This document shows positions 24,820 to 37,603 of a stretch of DNA of 64,000 nucleotides, piece by piece. The notes under the pieces are model-generated. The model did no database searches, was not told where the DNA came from, and saw nothing but the letters and a program-made list of their open reading frames with translations. Origin of the DNA: Octopus vulgaris (lineage: Eukaryota); assembly GCA_951406725.2 (NCBI GenBank), contig OX597827.1, positions 33,728,001-33,792,000 of the forward strand. The letters are read 5' to 3'. The translations under genes and the position numbers were made by a program. Positions within the stretch are counted from its first letter, which is position 1. Every line of letters begins with the position of its first letter.

Positions 24820-25839
24820 TTAAACAAATACTGAAGAATTCGGATTATTGGGTTCGGTTGAATTTGGGTTTGGATGAAGCTGTGTTTGTGGGTTTGGCCT
24901 TTGTCCTGACCTTGCCCCACTTCCTGCATTCCCACTGGCCCCATGGTGTCCATGTGAGCTTGGTGGGCCATGGTTGTGTTGGTCTCCACCAAAAGGTGAT
25001 GTATTAGAATAGTAGCCAACACCCTTTTCACTGTTGCCAGCATTACCGGTATTGTTGACTCCTCCCGTTCGGGCAGAAGATGATGAAGATGAAGACGAAG
25101 GTGGTGATGTTGGTGATGTTGCACCAGCATTTGGATTGAGTGATGACAGCCGCTGCACTTGATGAGCCTTCTCATGGCATTTTAGTATCGATCGATGCAT
25201 GAAAACTTTGCCACAGAGATCGCAGCAGAAGCTTTTCTTGTGGGCATGGTTACGCACATGTGTCTTCAAATTCCCCTTTTGGCTGAACGACTTCCAGCAG
25301 ATATCACACTGGAACGGTTTCTCACCAGTATGGCGACGCCTGTGAATTTTCAGGTTTCCTCTTTGACTAAAACATTTCTGGCAGATTTCACACTGGAATG
25401 GTTTCTCACCTGTGTGTGTCCGCATGTGATTACGGAGTGTTGAGATATGATTAAAGATTTTTTTACAAGTATCGCAAGGATATGATTTTGATTCAGTGTG
25501 AGCAGACTTTTTGTGTGCCTTCAGCTGATCATAAAGCGGGAAGTTTTCACCACAAATATCACACTTGAAGTTTTTACTTTCAAAATGGTCTCGTTTGTGT
25601 GCCTTGAGTTGGTCGAACGTCTGGAAATTGTCCCCACAGACGTCACAGCTGAATTGGTGTGGCTGTGGGGGTGGCTGTGGCTGTTGGGGAGGAGGCAGTG
25701 GCTGTGCCTGTTGGCTGTTGCTGTTGTTTGGTGCACTGTTGTCGCCCTGGTTACCGTGATGATGGTGGTGGTGATGGTGATGGTGGTGGTGGTGATGGTG
25801 ACCCATGCCACCACTGTACATTGGCTGCATTGGAAACAT
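24820..25839 (-). CDS. C2H2 (Kruppel-type) zinc-finger protein, 339 aa, six fingers, N-terminal His15 and Pro/Gln tract, low-complexity C-terminus
   Basis: Uninterrupted ORF with six CxxC-x12-H-x3/4-H fingers (CDVC, CDIC, CDTC, CEIC, CDIC, CDLC) and two canonical HTGEKPF linkers; higher GC than the flanks. Confidence 0.95.
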   Translation of the reverse strand: MFPMQPMYSGGMGHHHHHHHHHHHHHHHGNQGDNSAPNNSNSQQAQPLPPPQQPQPPPQPHQFSCDVCGDNFQTFDQLKAHKRDHFESKNFKCDICGENFPLYDQLKAHKKSAHTESKSYPCDTCKKIFNHISTLRNHMRTHTGEKPFQCEICQKCFSQRGNLKIHRRRHTGEKPFQCDICWKSFSQKGNLKTHVRNHAHKKSFCCDLCGKVFMHRSILKCHEKAHQVQRLSSLNPNAGATSPTSPPSSSSSSSSARTGGVNNTGNAGNSEKGVGYYSNTSPFGGDQHNHGPPSSHGHHGASGNAGSGARSGQRPNPQTQLHPNPNSTEPNNPNSSVFV

Positions 25840-27569
25840 GAGGTCAACTGTTCACTCACAGAAACTAATATATTTTTTGGATGTAAATATGTTTACACCT
25901 TTTATATATATTTCTTAATTATTGAATTAATTAAAAAATGATTATCTTTTTTTTTAGTTTCAAACAACAACGACCATGACAATCACAATAACAATGACAA
26001 CAACCACAACAACCACTGCCTCTACAACGATTATGACTTGAAAGTGTTACCAATTACTTCAAGACACAAATAATACAGTAAACTACTCTTTAAAAATGCA
26101 ACTGAAATTGTTTGTATCAGCTCAACCTCTTTAACAAAATCAGGTTTATAGTGTGTAACCCAGACCAGTAAGACGGCTACCACTTGAAGTAAAATGGTGC
26201 ATCATGGGTAATAACAGAGAATACTAATGACAGAACATGTCTTTTGTTATTTTTCATTTACTTTTTTTTTCTTTTCTATTATTCCTATGTTCATTTTTCT
26301 AAGGAACAACATACTCTCTTCATTGTCATCAGTTAAACTGAAATTGTATAAACGAACTTAAAAACACAACTTGAAAGTCATTCATTTAGGACTTAGATAA
26401 AATTTAGATTTCTTTGGTTTGTTTTGAAAAGAGGGAGAGAGAGAAAAAGAAAAGAAGCAGACTGAGTTATTTTAGTTGGAAGGAATATGCACTCTTTCTC
26501 TCATACTTGCTTTCTAGCTGTCTATCCATCTATCTATCAGTTCCTACAAAAATAAAGATACTTTATACAAATGCCAGTAAAATTTTCAGACAGAGCTTCT
26601 TCATATTTTTGTCCAGGAAATTTTTATGGGACATTTATAATAAAAAAAAGATTAATGCATATGAAAAAATTTCAGCATAAAGCACACCAAAGAAAAAAAT
26701 AATAACTAAAAGATTAATTAATACAAAAATATCACCAAAGAAACTTTTTTTTTTCACATTCAGCAGACAAAAAAACAAATAAATATCATTATTTTGGGTT
26801 CTTCATAAAAAAAAAAAAATCCCTTTAAATTGTAAATGGTTATCAGAAAGATTGTTTAATGTTCTTCCGTTTTCTTTTTATCTGCAAACATCTAATATAA
26901 ACTTTTAAAAAATACTGTAAACTAATAACTCTATTCCAGTAATTTTGTAAATCAGAACCATGTGCAAGTTTGAGTTCAATTGTTTTCTTGGTATCAGCTT
27001 TCTATAAACAAATTCTTGTTTGGTTTAAAATAACTATTAATCTCTTTATGTTACTATCTTGATATACACATAACTATATAAACACACATTCAGACAGCTA
27101 TACAAACACACTCACACCCACACACACAAACACACACATATATGTATACATGTGTATGCTTATACATATACCCACTTATAAAATATATATGTCAGTATTT
27201 ATTGACATTGGGATATATCTACGTTTTTGTGTGCAGTAAATAAAACATGTCAGAAAAAATAACAAGCACCAAACTGGTCCATGCAATCTTGGCATGAACT
27301 GAAAGTATTTAGCTGTAGGAAGGACAGTGGGCAATGATTGGTCTGAAAACAGCTTGAGACAATCTCAAGAATGATGATGCTTTACCAGAGTTGTTACACT
27401 ACTGAACCACAAACCAGATTGCACTTCAATTTAACGCATTGATATTAATGTCTGTAGTTGTTCTATGTGTGATTTTGTCAAATTTAATGCTGTAGGTGCC
27501 ATTGAAATGCAGACTGAACAGCTTTACACTGTGTCTATTGGCTCAATATCTGGAGGAGCCATCTTCTTG

Positions 27570-27605
27570 CTGTGGTCAAACCTGCAAAAGAATTTAGAAA
27601 GAAAT
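27570..27605 (-). promoter_or_regulatory. Probable splice acceptor of the ZNF terminal exon (exon starts 27581)
   Basis: Minus strand TTTCTTTCTAAATTCTTTTGCAG|G; the sequence from here to the ATG is nearly free of interspersed repeats. Confidence 0.55.
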
Positions 27606-27676
27606 AGAACAATATTAAAAATTCCACTGATTTAACAAATAAACAATGTTAGAATATTATAAGGTCATATAATATA

Positions 27677-27891
27677 TTGGTTTTAAATTTTGGCACAAGG
27701 CCAGCAATTTTTGGGGAGGGAGTAAGTCAATTACATCAATCCCAGAGTTCAACTAATACTTATTTTATTGATCCCAATGGGATGAAAGGCAAAGCTGATC
27801 TTGACGGAATTTGAACTCAGAACATAAATGGACAAAATACCACTAAGCATTTTGTCCAGCATGCTAATGATTCTGCCAGCTCGCAGCCTTA
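27677..27891 (-). mobile_element. tRNA-derived SINE family A
   Basis: Minus strand AAGGC..GAGCTGGCAGAATC..TTAGCA...GAGTTCAAATTCC...CTTTGCCTTTCATCC; about 10 copies in the window. Confidence 0.8.
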
Positions 27892-28051
27892 ATTTCTTAT
27901 AAAATATTATTAAACAATTAATAGTTAATAATTAAATTTAATCAGTTCTAACTGATTTTGATTTTTTTTAAGCACAGCCTGCAATAATTTGGTCTATTTT
28001 TGATATTTTATTATTAGTAATAATTATTGTACCAAGCAAACTTAGGCTTAC

Positions 28052-28197
28052 CTGGCTTCCTAATCCATAATGCTTAGTCTCCCATCCTTATTATTGTTGT
28101 ATTAGATGCAGGGCAAGTTTTTGATACATTTAAATACAAAAAGAAGGCATGTCTTGTATACTGGTAAATATGGTTTATAAAAATGCCTATGATTAAC
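28052..28197 (-). other. Probable non-coding 5' UTR exon of the ZNF gene
   Basis: Acceptor CTTTTCTCCTTCATCTTAG|G and donor CAG|GTAAG; stop codons in all three frames. Confidence 0.5.
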
Positions 28198-28534
28198 CTA
28201 AGATGAAGGAGAAAAGTGTCAATAAAGCTGCAGTAGATGAACTGAATGACACTTGTTAGAAAGCAGTACAGCAAATATGAGTTGACTAGTTTGAGGCAAA
28301 ATAGGTCTGATTATTTTCACACTTTTGAAAAACATTTGAGTACACCATAGATCAGACAAGAGATATGCATGATGCCACCATGACAAAACCAATCATCAAG
28401 ATAGTCAGATTAGTGATGCCTTGTATGTTGTCATATAGCTGTTGTCAGCTCCTTATCCAGCCTTTTGATATCCTTGCAGCATTCAGACATAATGAGTGGG
28501 AGAAGAGTGACAGAAAAATGAGATGAGTAGTATA

Positions 28535-28798
28535 ACAGTAAAAGGGTAAAAAGACCCCCCTTGGTTATGAATGACCTTGAGATTGCACTTAGAAAGTTCC
28601 CCTCTGAGGCACAAGTCTGGGCAAGGTATTTCATGGAAGACCAGCCTGATGATATCCAAACTCATTTCTACAGCTGCATGAACTGGACTAACTTGAAATA
28701 AAGTGTCTTGCTCAAGAACACAACACAGCCCGGTCCAGGAATCGAACTCACAACCACATGATGGTGAGCGCAACACTCTAACCACTGAGCCATGTGCC
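28535..28798 (-). mobile_element. tRNA-derived SINE family C
   Basis: GGCACATGGCTCAGTGGTTAGAG (A box) ... GAGTTCGATTCC (B box) ... CTTGAGCAAGACACTT. Confidence 0.8.
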
Positions 28799-29781
28799 AC
28801 AGAATCACAGTAAACAGCTATATAAAGAAAACATTAAAAAATAACAAATTATCTAAAACCAAAACCAAAAACAATTTTAAAAATCATTTAAACGAAAATA
28901 AATATCTTTTTAATATAATAATTATGACAATGATAAATATTTAATGTCCAATTCCATTAATTTATCAAGTTCTAATATATCTAATTAATTTTTTTCTAAT
29001 ATAATTCAGAGTCCTAAATTTGGTGCCAAGCAGTCATATTTATTATTTTAATAATTAATTATTTGTATTGATTAATTTCTACAGATGGAGATAAAAAAAA
29101 ATATAAAAAAAAAACAGAAACCAATTCTTGGTCTAACAATTCAGAAAGTAAATCTTTTGAAAACAAGTGAAATATATCTTTTAATGAGCTTAAATCAACA
29201 TTTTCATGTTTCAAATCATCTTATTCTGAAAGAATCAATGTTTTTTTAAAATTTGAGTTTTTGCTTTCTTTTCCTTATCTTTTTCCTTTCCCTGTCTTGC
29301 AAGTTAACTGGTTACCCCACTAGTGCTGGTAGCATGAGACAAGCACCCAGTACACACTGTAACATGGTTAATACTTGCAAGGGCATCCAGTTGTAGAACC
29401 TGTGTCAAATGTGAAATAGGGTTCAATGCAGCCTAGCAGATCACCAGATCCTGTCAAACTATCCAACCCATGTCAGTATGGAAAACAGACATTAAATGAT
29501 GATGATGAAGAGGAGGAGGAGGATGAATTAAAAAAAAAAACTTTTGCACATAAACTTGCACCCCAAACCACTATCTTTGCACCTAAAAATCTGCTTTTCT
29601 ACATATGACTTATTAAATATGAAAATTGGGAAATTTTTAGAACTAAAACCAGTCAGAGTTTGGAACCATTGTAATGCTATTCTTCTTCTTTGCACTTTTT
29701 TTATTATTTAAGTTTATTAACAAAGCTCTCAATATCACAAATCTATTAGAGCTTACCTCAAAATGTGACCACTTGCTTCAG

Positions 29782-29783
<2 letters not shown>

Positions 29784-29864
<81 letters not shown>
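29784..29864. repeat. (GT)n microsatellite
   Basis: Direct reading. Confidence 0.95.
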
Positions 29865-29866
<2 letters not shown>

Positions 29867-30084
29867 GTGACAATAGTAATTTTGATGTTTGAAGAAAGCA
29901 TCACCATTATCATTAATCATCCACTTTTCCATGCTTGCATAGGACAGACAGACAGAATTTGTTGTGGCAAACTTTCTACAGCTAGATGCTCTTTTTGTCA
30001 ATGATTACCTGTTGCCAAGCAAGGAAATCTTTCCCCATAAGACTGGAATTGAACATCACTTGCATGATGGTGATACTCACTCAC

Positions 30085-30119
<35 letters not shown>

Positions 30120-30125
30120 GAAATA

Positions 30126-30283
30126 TACAATGGACTTCTTTCAGTTTCTATCTACCAAATCCAATTGCAAGGCTTTGGTTGACCTACGGCTACAGTAGAA
30201 GAAATTTGGTCAAGGGATTTTGCAGTGAGACTGAACCTGAGACCACATAAGCTTCTCAACCACACAGTCATGCCTACTCCTGT
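30126..30283 (-). mobile_element. SINE family B copy
   Basis: Reverse complement of the family B 5' part. Confidence 0.7.
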
Positions 30284-30619
30284 GTAAGTATACTAATTTT
30301 TTCTGGGACTTTTTTTCATTCAATTTTTCCATGTTTTGCCTCAATCTTTTTTCTACTTCACTAATTTTGACAAAGTTTATAGAATAAGGTTTCTCTTACT
30401 GAAATCTTTTATTTAAGTGTAATTAAAAAATAATAAAGAAATAAGGTAACTATAGAGTAATACATCTTATAATAACTTTTTTTAACCCAACCAATTTTCT
30501 GTTATATCTTGAAATATAGCAAAGCACTGGTCCTTTTCAATAAACTTAACTACATTTAATTTGGTTGAGAATTGGATTAGCTAGAGTGGTTGTGAGAAAG
30601 TAAATGTTGACCTTAAGAA

Positions 30620-30840
30620 TATCGGCTTCAAATTTTGGCACAAGATCAGCAGGTTTGGGGGATGGGAGCTAAGTTGATTACATTGACCCCAGAGTTCAAC
30701 TGGTGCTTATTTTATTGACCTGAAAGGATGAAAGGCAAACTCAACCCTAACGAAATTCGAACTCAAGAACATAATGACGGATGAAATGCTGCTAAGCATT
30801 TCATCTGGTGTGCTAATGATTCAGCCAGATCGCTGCCCTT
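30620..30840 (-). mobile_element. SINE family A copy
   Basis: Homologous to 27677-27891. Confidence 0.8.
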
Positions 30841-31111
30841 TTGACCTTAAGAATATTATTTACCCATGTCAGTGGGTAAATGATTTATGAAATTAAAAAT
30901 GAAATAAATATACTGACACCATGTGGGGGTCATATTAACAGTCCCTGAGTATCTATATCTCACCTTTTGTATTCAACACAACTTTAAAAAAAAAGAACTA
31001 TATTATAACAATTCAAATTTGCAAGAGGAATACAACCTTAAAATTTGATTAATAATTGATATGCTTGCTTAACATTATGAATGTAATTAAAAAAAAACAA
31101 CCTTAAAACCA

Positions 31112-31215
31112 TGCCCTGGGTGAGGTTCAAACTCACAACCTCTAACTACTTGTAAATAATACAAGGAAGGCATTAGCAATAAGCATGGGAAACTAACCAA
31201 CAGTGTTACTAGCAT
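31112..31215 (-). pseudogene. Intron-containing tRNA-Ile(UAU)-like pseudogene
   Basis: Minus strand ..CTAGTAACACTGTTGGTTAG....CTTAT[~30 nt]GAGGTTGTGAGTTTGAACCTCACCCAGGGCA followed by T-runs. The 3' half matches metazoan tRNA-Ile(UAU); the acceptor and anticodon stems are broken. Confidence 0.55.
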
Positions 31216-31764
31216 TGGTGAAAGTGGAATTGACAGTAACATCACCACTCATAGCTGGGAGATTTATGGAGAAGTGCAAATGTAAACAAATACACAGGCA
31301 CTAGTTTCCTTAGATTCCACTGTTTTATATCTGTGTGCATGTGTCCTTGTCTACACATGATATGATTGTTGTAAATGAGTATCATTGTCATACAAAGACT
31401 GTCATTCTGACATGCTGCCATGTCTGGCCATGGGAAAATATTACCTTGCTGGGAAACAGGTGAGTGTTGGAGACAGGAAGGGCATCCAGCCATAGAAAAT
31501 TTGCCTCAACAAATGGTTTTAAACTGTTTAAATATGTCCAACCTTGTGGTGAAGAATGAAGAACTATATGTGGGGAGGTCAATTCTGACTTGTCTTCTTG
31601 TAAAGAGGTGGCAGTGGTGTGGGGGAAGGGCAAAAATTTCATTTTGTTTTCATGTGTATGTGATGAGTTGGCTGGTATTTATAAGTAGAGAACAATAACA
31701 ATATTAGTGAACAACCAGTGAACAATGATACCAACAAACACTAGTGAAGAACAATAATACTAAT

Positions 31765-32204
31765 TATTTCTAACAGGTACATAGCCTCAAATTTGGAGCT
31801 GGGAGTTAGTCAATAAAGTCAATTCCAATACTTAGCTGGTATTTTATTTCATTTCCTCAACCTTGAAGTGATGAAAGACAACAACAGCAATACTGTTTCT
31901 TTCTACTATGAATACATGATCTGATATTTTGGGGAAGGAGCTAGTCAATTACATCAACCCCAGTGCTCAACTGGTACTAATTTTACTGACCCCAAACGGA
32001 TGAAAAATGAAGTTGACCTGAATTTTTTTTTAGGTGGGTAAGTCAATTACATTGACCTCAATACTTGACAGTTACTTACTTCAACCTTGAAAGGATGAAA
32101 GGGAAAGTTGACCTCAGTGAAATTTGAACTTAGAACATCAAGACAGACAAAATGCTGCTAAGCATTTTGTCCAATGGACTAATAATTCTGTCAGCTGACT
32201 ACCT
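31765..32204 (-). mobile_element. Stacked SINE family A fragments
   Basis: Three successive partial copies of the family A 3' part plus one head. Confidence 0.7.
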
Positions 32205-32679
32205 TAATAATAATACATAAACCTGAGCTGAACAGAGATATAGACATCTATTAATGTATGAAAAAATTAGTTGCATAATATTGCCAAAAACCAAGATGAA
32301 ATTTACCAGAAACCTGTCAAAAACAATTAAGTGAACAAAAAAAAAACTAGCAATACATCATTTATTTTACACATTACCCTTTATCACATGTAATTAGTGT
32401 TTGAAATACCACATACTTAAACATGAAACCACAGTACAAAACATTAGGACAAAAACTGATGAGAATACAACCAAACTACTGACACAGGCCAAATCAAGCA
32501 ATATATAAATCTGGTAAATATACCATATTTTGCACATCTCATTATAAACACAAAATGCCTTCTGCACATAAAATATAAACACAAATGAAAGCATAGCATT
32601 ATATTATATCAGCAAGGCAGCAAACCAGCAGGATCATTAGAATGTTGGACAAAATTCTTAGTGATATTTCTTACAACAA

Positions 32680-34250
32680 TGAGATAACACAGCTGGTTAT
32701 ATCAACATAGCACTGAGGGTACTCTAGACCCAAATGATATAGAGGAGGAATCCATAGAAAGAAACAATGTAGAAATAAATAATGAAAAAGGTGCAGTTAT
32801 TTGTGAGCTAAGCAAAATCAAATACTCTGATATGCAAGACAGAGAGAGCCTACTGAAAATCCAAAGCTTACATTGGAATTAAAAAAAAACATATCAAAAT
32901 AAATTATGCTGCCTTGAAAATACTGTTAAATGAAATCAATAATGACATAACAAAATATAAATCAGGCTAACTATGCCACAACATCTGCAGCATATAAAGA
33001 ATTAAGAACTAAGATTAAGAAAAGTAAACTTGTCAAGCACAAGGTGCCAATGTGGAAGGTTAAGATCCAAAAAGAAACAGATGCTTTAAGAGGAGAATTC
33101 CCCATTCTGGATGAATTGGCAATAGGTTTTTGTCATTAACTCAAAAAATAAACAAATATATAAATCTCAAAACAATCATGAAATACTTAGTTTTAAGGAA
33201 GCATTCAAGCAAAAGCAGAAATGCAACTAAAGGCATAAAGAATATGTAGATTTGAAGAATGTACAAAATTCTACAAGCAAAATAAGATATTTGAGACTGA
33301 CATGAAGAAGTCTTATAGGGAGACAAGAAAAACAAAGAAAGAGGGTTAAAACTCCTCCCTCAATTAACGAAGTTCACAAATTTTGGGAAAAAATATGGAA
33401 TGAATCAAAATAGCAGAACCAGACAGTGGAATGGATAGAAAGAGAGAAAAAAGAAAGGAAAATATTCAACAACAGATATGGAAGGACATTTATGTGAAAG
33501 GCATAAAAATAGTTCTTAGAAAAGCTCAAAACTGGAAGTCCCCAGGAATGGATAAAATTTCAAACATCTGGCTCCCTAATCTTGCAGCATAACATAAACC
33601 ATTAGCTAAGTCTTTTTCTTATTTAATGAAAAAGCCTTCTGAAACTCTTTTGTGGTTAGCAGAAGGCTGAAGTTTTCTTCATCCCAAATCTGATGAAACT
33701 CATTGCCCAAAGAACTATAGGCCTATCACTTGTCTATCCAGTTGACATATCCATCATAACAGAACAAATGTACAATTCTAGTCAAAAAATAGTATCCTCT
33801 TAAACAGAAGTACTGTAAAAGAAGCTCACATGGCTGCAAAGATTAACTTCTCAACTAAATGATTCTTGAAAACTGTCATGATGGATAATTAAAACTAAGC
33901 ATTGTATAGATAGACTATTGAAAGGCCTTTGATAGTGTACTTCACTCTAGAATTATCTAGGCATTAGAAATATAGAGTCCTGTAATTTCAAAATTTCTGG
34001 AGCACAACAAAACCCTATGGAACACAATGCTTCTGCTCAACCACAGTAAAGAGAGATATAAATGAAAAAGAATAAAAATTAACTGTGATAATTTTGAAGG
34101 GAATTCTCTTTCTTCCCTTCTGTTTATGCCTCATTCCTTTGTATATTGAGCTCCACAGTACTCAATTAGGATATTTAATCCAAAACAAGACAATTAATCA
34201 CCTTTTCTACATAGTCAACTCAAAATTATATGCTAAAGACGACAGCTACA
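32680..34250 (+). mobile_element. R4/Dong-like non-LTR retrotransposon remnant
   Basis: NWKSPGMDKISNIWL, PKNYRPITCLS, IDY*KAFDSV, INHLFYIVNSKLYAK. Confidence 0.75.
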
Positions 34251-34254
34251 AGGT

Positions 34255-34985
34255 CTTATCACACCATGCTTGCCACACTTATCCACCTTCCAACAAAATA
34301 GTTAGAAGGCAACACCTCCCTCTCCACCCTTATTTTCCTCTTCAAGTGAAACTTGAAGAAGCTGATGAGGGATTGGCCAAAAAGGAAAGTGTTTGTCTTC
34401 ATCCCTTTCAATCTCATCCATCATACAACCACTTTCACCAAGGCTACCAGGCATATAAAATCTGCTTGCCTTTCCCAGTTTAAAGGTGGCAGGGTGATCT
34501 TCACAAAGGGCTCAGTTGACAGCTGGAGCCATCTTACTTGTGACAGCAAGTGTTTGACATAAACTCACAGGTTAGCAATGCTTAGGCACTGGATGAGTAT
34601 ATGCAGGATGATTTTGTTGCTTTGCATGCATCACAGACATGCTTGGCTGATGGCACTTCTATGCCTGTAGAGTTTCTCTCAAACTGGCAATGCTTCCTTG
34701 TAGCACTGCCAGGCCAGGGATTTCAGGAAGTTATCCAATGGTCCTGGGCTGAAAATTCCCTGGAAGAGAGCGATAGCTGATTGTCTTCAATGCCAAGGAT
34801 CTCCCTAAGAACATCACTTTTACCCACCATTAATTCCCCATAAAATATTAAAATGGATTTTCTACCAATCACGATCTCCAACAAGCAGAAGGCTGTGAGT
34901 GCTTGAAAACATTCCAAGTGCTCTCTCTCTCTCAGTCTCTACTTGACTCAGGACTGTAGTTCCATCAAAGAGATAAGCTGGGGGA
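34255..34985 (-). mobile_element. L1/Tx1-like LINE 3' remnant
   Basis: ALPV*EKLYRH..CL*CMQ..LHILIQC (zf-RVT-like) and FHLKRKIRVEREVLPSNYFVGRW. Confidence 0.6.
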
Positions 34986-35029
34986 ACACATGTCTATAAT
35001 AATAGTAATAATATTTTTTAACAAGGATT

Positions 35030-35585
35030 GACAAAAGATCTAGGACAGTAAAGGATGATACAGAGTGGGATGACATAAAGAGAAATTATAGAGCTTTCAC
35101 CACCTAAAAAAATTCAAAGAAAGAAAAGTTCCCCTAAAGGAGAGTACTTGTGGAACCCCTACAAAAGCTATGCCCTGAACACTAAAGCAAGTGCCTTTTG
35201 GTGCATGCTCAGAGCAGGCCTGATCACTTGGACTATGTTCACCATACTCATTCCCCTTTCAACAAATTTGTTGGGTGGCAATACATGTCTCTCCACCCTC
35301 ATTTTCCTTTCCAGGTGAGACTTTAAAATATTTTTGAGGACTTCACCAAAGCAGAAGATGTTTGCCTTCTTCCCTTTTAATCTTGTCCACAACTAAACCT
35401 CTTTTGCCAAAGCCACCAGATCAAAGGAACATGGTAGGCAGATCTGTCCTGCATATAACAACAGTTGCTGGACACAAGTTAGTAATGCTTGGGCAGTGGA
35501 AAAGCATGTTCAGAACAGTTTTGTTACTCTGGGCACATCTGAAACATGCCCAGCTGGCAGCAGTTCTGTGTCTGTAGATTTTATT
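35030..35585 (-). mobile_element. Second L1/Tx1-like LINE 3' remnant
   Basis: YRHRTAASWACFRCAQSNKTVLNMLFHCP and SHLERKMRVERHVLPPNKFVER. Confidence 0.6.
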
Positions 35586-35689
35586 TTGAATTAGAACTGC
35601 CTCTACTTCACTTTGGTGGTACTGCAAGTGAAGGGTTTCTGCAAATTGTCCAATAATAATAATAATAGATTCTACCAGCTTGATGCTGT

Positions 35690-35699
35690 CAATAACAAC

Positions 35700-35761
<62 letters not shown>

Positions 35762-35777
35762 TAATAATAATGATAAT
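35690..35777. repeat. (AAT)n microsatellite
   Basis: Direct reading; a second array lies at 36355-36461. Confidence 0.95.
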
Positions 35778-35990
35778 CCTTTCTACTATAGGCACAAGGC
35801 CTGAAACTTTGGGGAAGGGGTTAGTTGATTACATCGACCCCAGTGTTTCACTGGTACTAATTTCATTGATCCCAAAAGAATGAAAGGCAAAGTCAAACTT
35901 GGCAGAATTTTAACTCAGAGCACAGTGATGGGCGAAATACTGCTAAGCATTTCACCTGATGTGCTAATGATTTTCCCAGCTCACCACCTT
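35777..35990 (-). mobile_element. SINE family A copy
   Basis: Homologous to 27677-27891. Confidence 0.8.
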
Positions 35991-36353
35991 ATCAATAATA
36001 ATAATAATATGCAGTACCAGGCACTGGTTCTCATGGCTTGTTTTGGTATAAAAGATGGGCTTGCCAGTTGTTTGACCATAACCAGTTGAACATATCCCTT
36101 GGTGGCTGACGATATGTGCATCTCTGATCACAAGCAGTAGTGGGGGTGCATCATAGCCATATGTTGAGAGGAATCCTTTGGGGTTTGAATAATTCACCTT
36201 TGGAATCGACCCCTATCTTTCATTGGTGGTTAATTTAATGACCCCAAAGGGATGAAAGACAAACCCGACCGTGGCACAATTTGAATGTAGTGACAGGCAA
36301 AATACTGCTAAGCATTTCATCCAGTGTGCTAACGATTCCTCCAGCTCATTGCC

Positions 36354-36403
<50 letters not shown>

Positions 36404-36462
36404 CATAATAATAATAATGATAATAATAATAATAATAATAATAATAGTAATAATAATAATAC

Positions 36463-37490
36463 AATGAAGGAGCAAGTTGGATCAACAGAAAAATGAAAGG
36501 ATGAAAGATGTGAAACAATGAGTAGAGGTTTAAGTGGCAGAGCTAAGGTAGGTCCTTAGCAACACATGCAAATGGAAGTTGCCATGAGTAGATCAAATAC
36601 TATATTATTGGTTAAATACACTTAAAGGAATGCACTATGTACTAGCAAGGAAATAAATTCACTGATACAAAGTTCTGAGTAAGTCCCCAATTGGTTGATA
36701 GAAGACACAACAGAACACCAACTGAAAATACCAGGAACCAAAAAAACTGAAGAACTACAGACCTATTACATTCCTTACCAAGACTCAAAAATTTTTAACT
36801 TCAATGCTTATTAAAAGAATATACACCTATTTGAAGTAAACACCATCATTCCACAAATACAGAATGAAGGTAAACGGAACTCCTGTGGATGTAAAGACTA
36901 ACTGATGATCAACAAAATAATACTAGAAAAAACTGTTATACACAGAATAAGAACTTAAGTACTGCATGGATCAATTACTGGAAAGCTTTCAATAGTTTTT
37001 GCCATGAGTGGATATTGAAAGTCCTAGAAACATACATCTTTCTAGTAATCTCTTTCTTCAACATGGTATGACAAAATGGACATCTCTAATTTTAATCCAC
37101 GATAACAGGTATACAATCAAGCAAAACCAAAATAAACTGTGAAATTTTCTAAGCTGACTCTATTTCACCTCTCATGTTCTGTATGGCACTCTTCTCACTT
37201 TCTAGTGAACTGAATAACACAGAGTATGGATACAAACTAACAACAACAACAACAGCAAAATCAATCACTTATTCTTTATGGGTGACCTGAAATTATATAC
37301 TATGAATGACCAGGAATCAGAGGAACTTTTAAAAATGGTAAAGCAGTTTATCATTAACACTATAGGAATGAAATTTAGGCTTGATAAGTGTGCAAAAACA
37401 ATTTTTAAGACAAGAAAGCCCACTGCAATGCTATCCATCAAAATTGAGCAAGAAATCACTTGACAACAACTAGATCTTGCTGCCATCAGA
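36463..37490 (+). mobile_element. R4/Dong-like RT remnant directly after an (AAT)n array
   Basis: KNYRPIT, TAWINYWKAFNSF, INHLFFMGDLKLY, IGMKFRLDKCAK. Confidence 0.75.
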
Positions 37491-37603
37491 ACAGGTATAA
37501 ATAATGCAAAGTGTTTTATCTAATGAGTAATGATCTTTTTTATTGGCTACAAGAGCTTCAGATATTATGACAGCAAGATGTGAAACAGCAGAGTGGGGGG
37601 AGT

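Noticed and set aside
24795-25941. Alternative-frame and antisense ORFs overlapping the ZNF
   Set aside because: Expected shadows of a GC-richer, low-complexity CDS; no domains.
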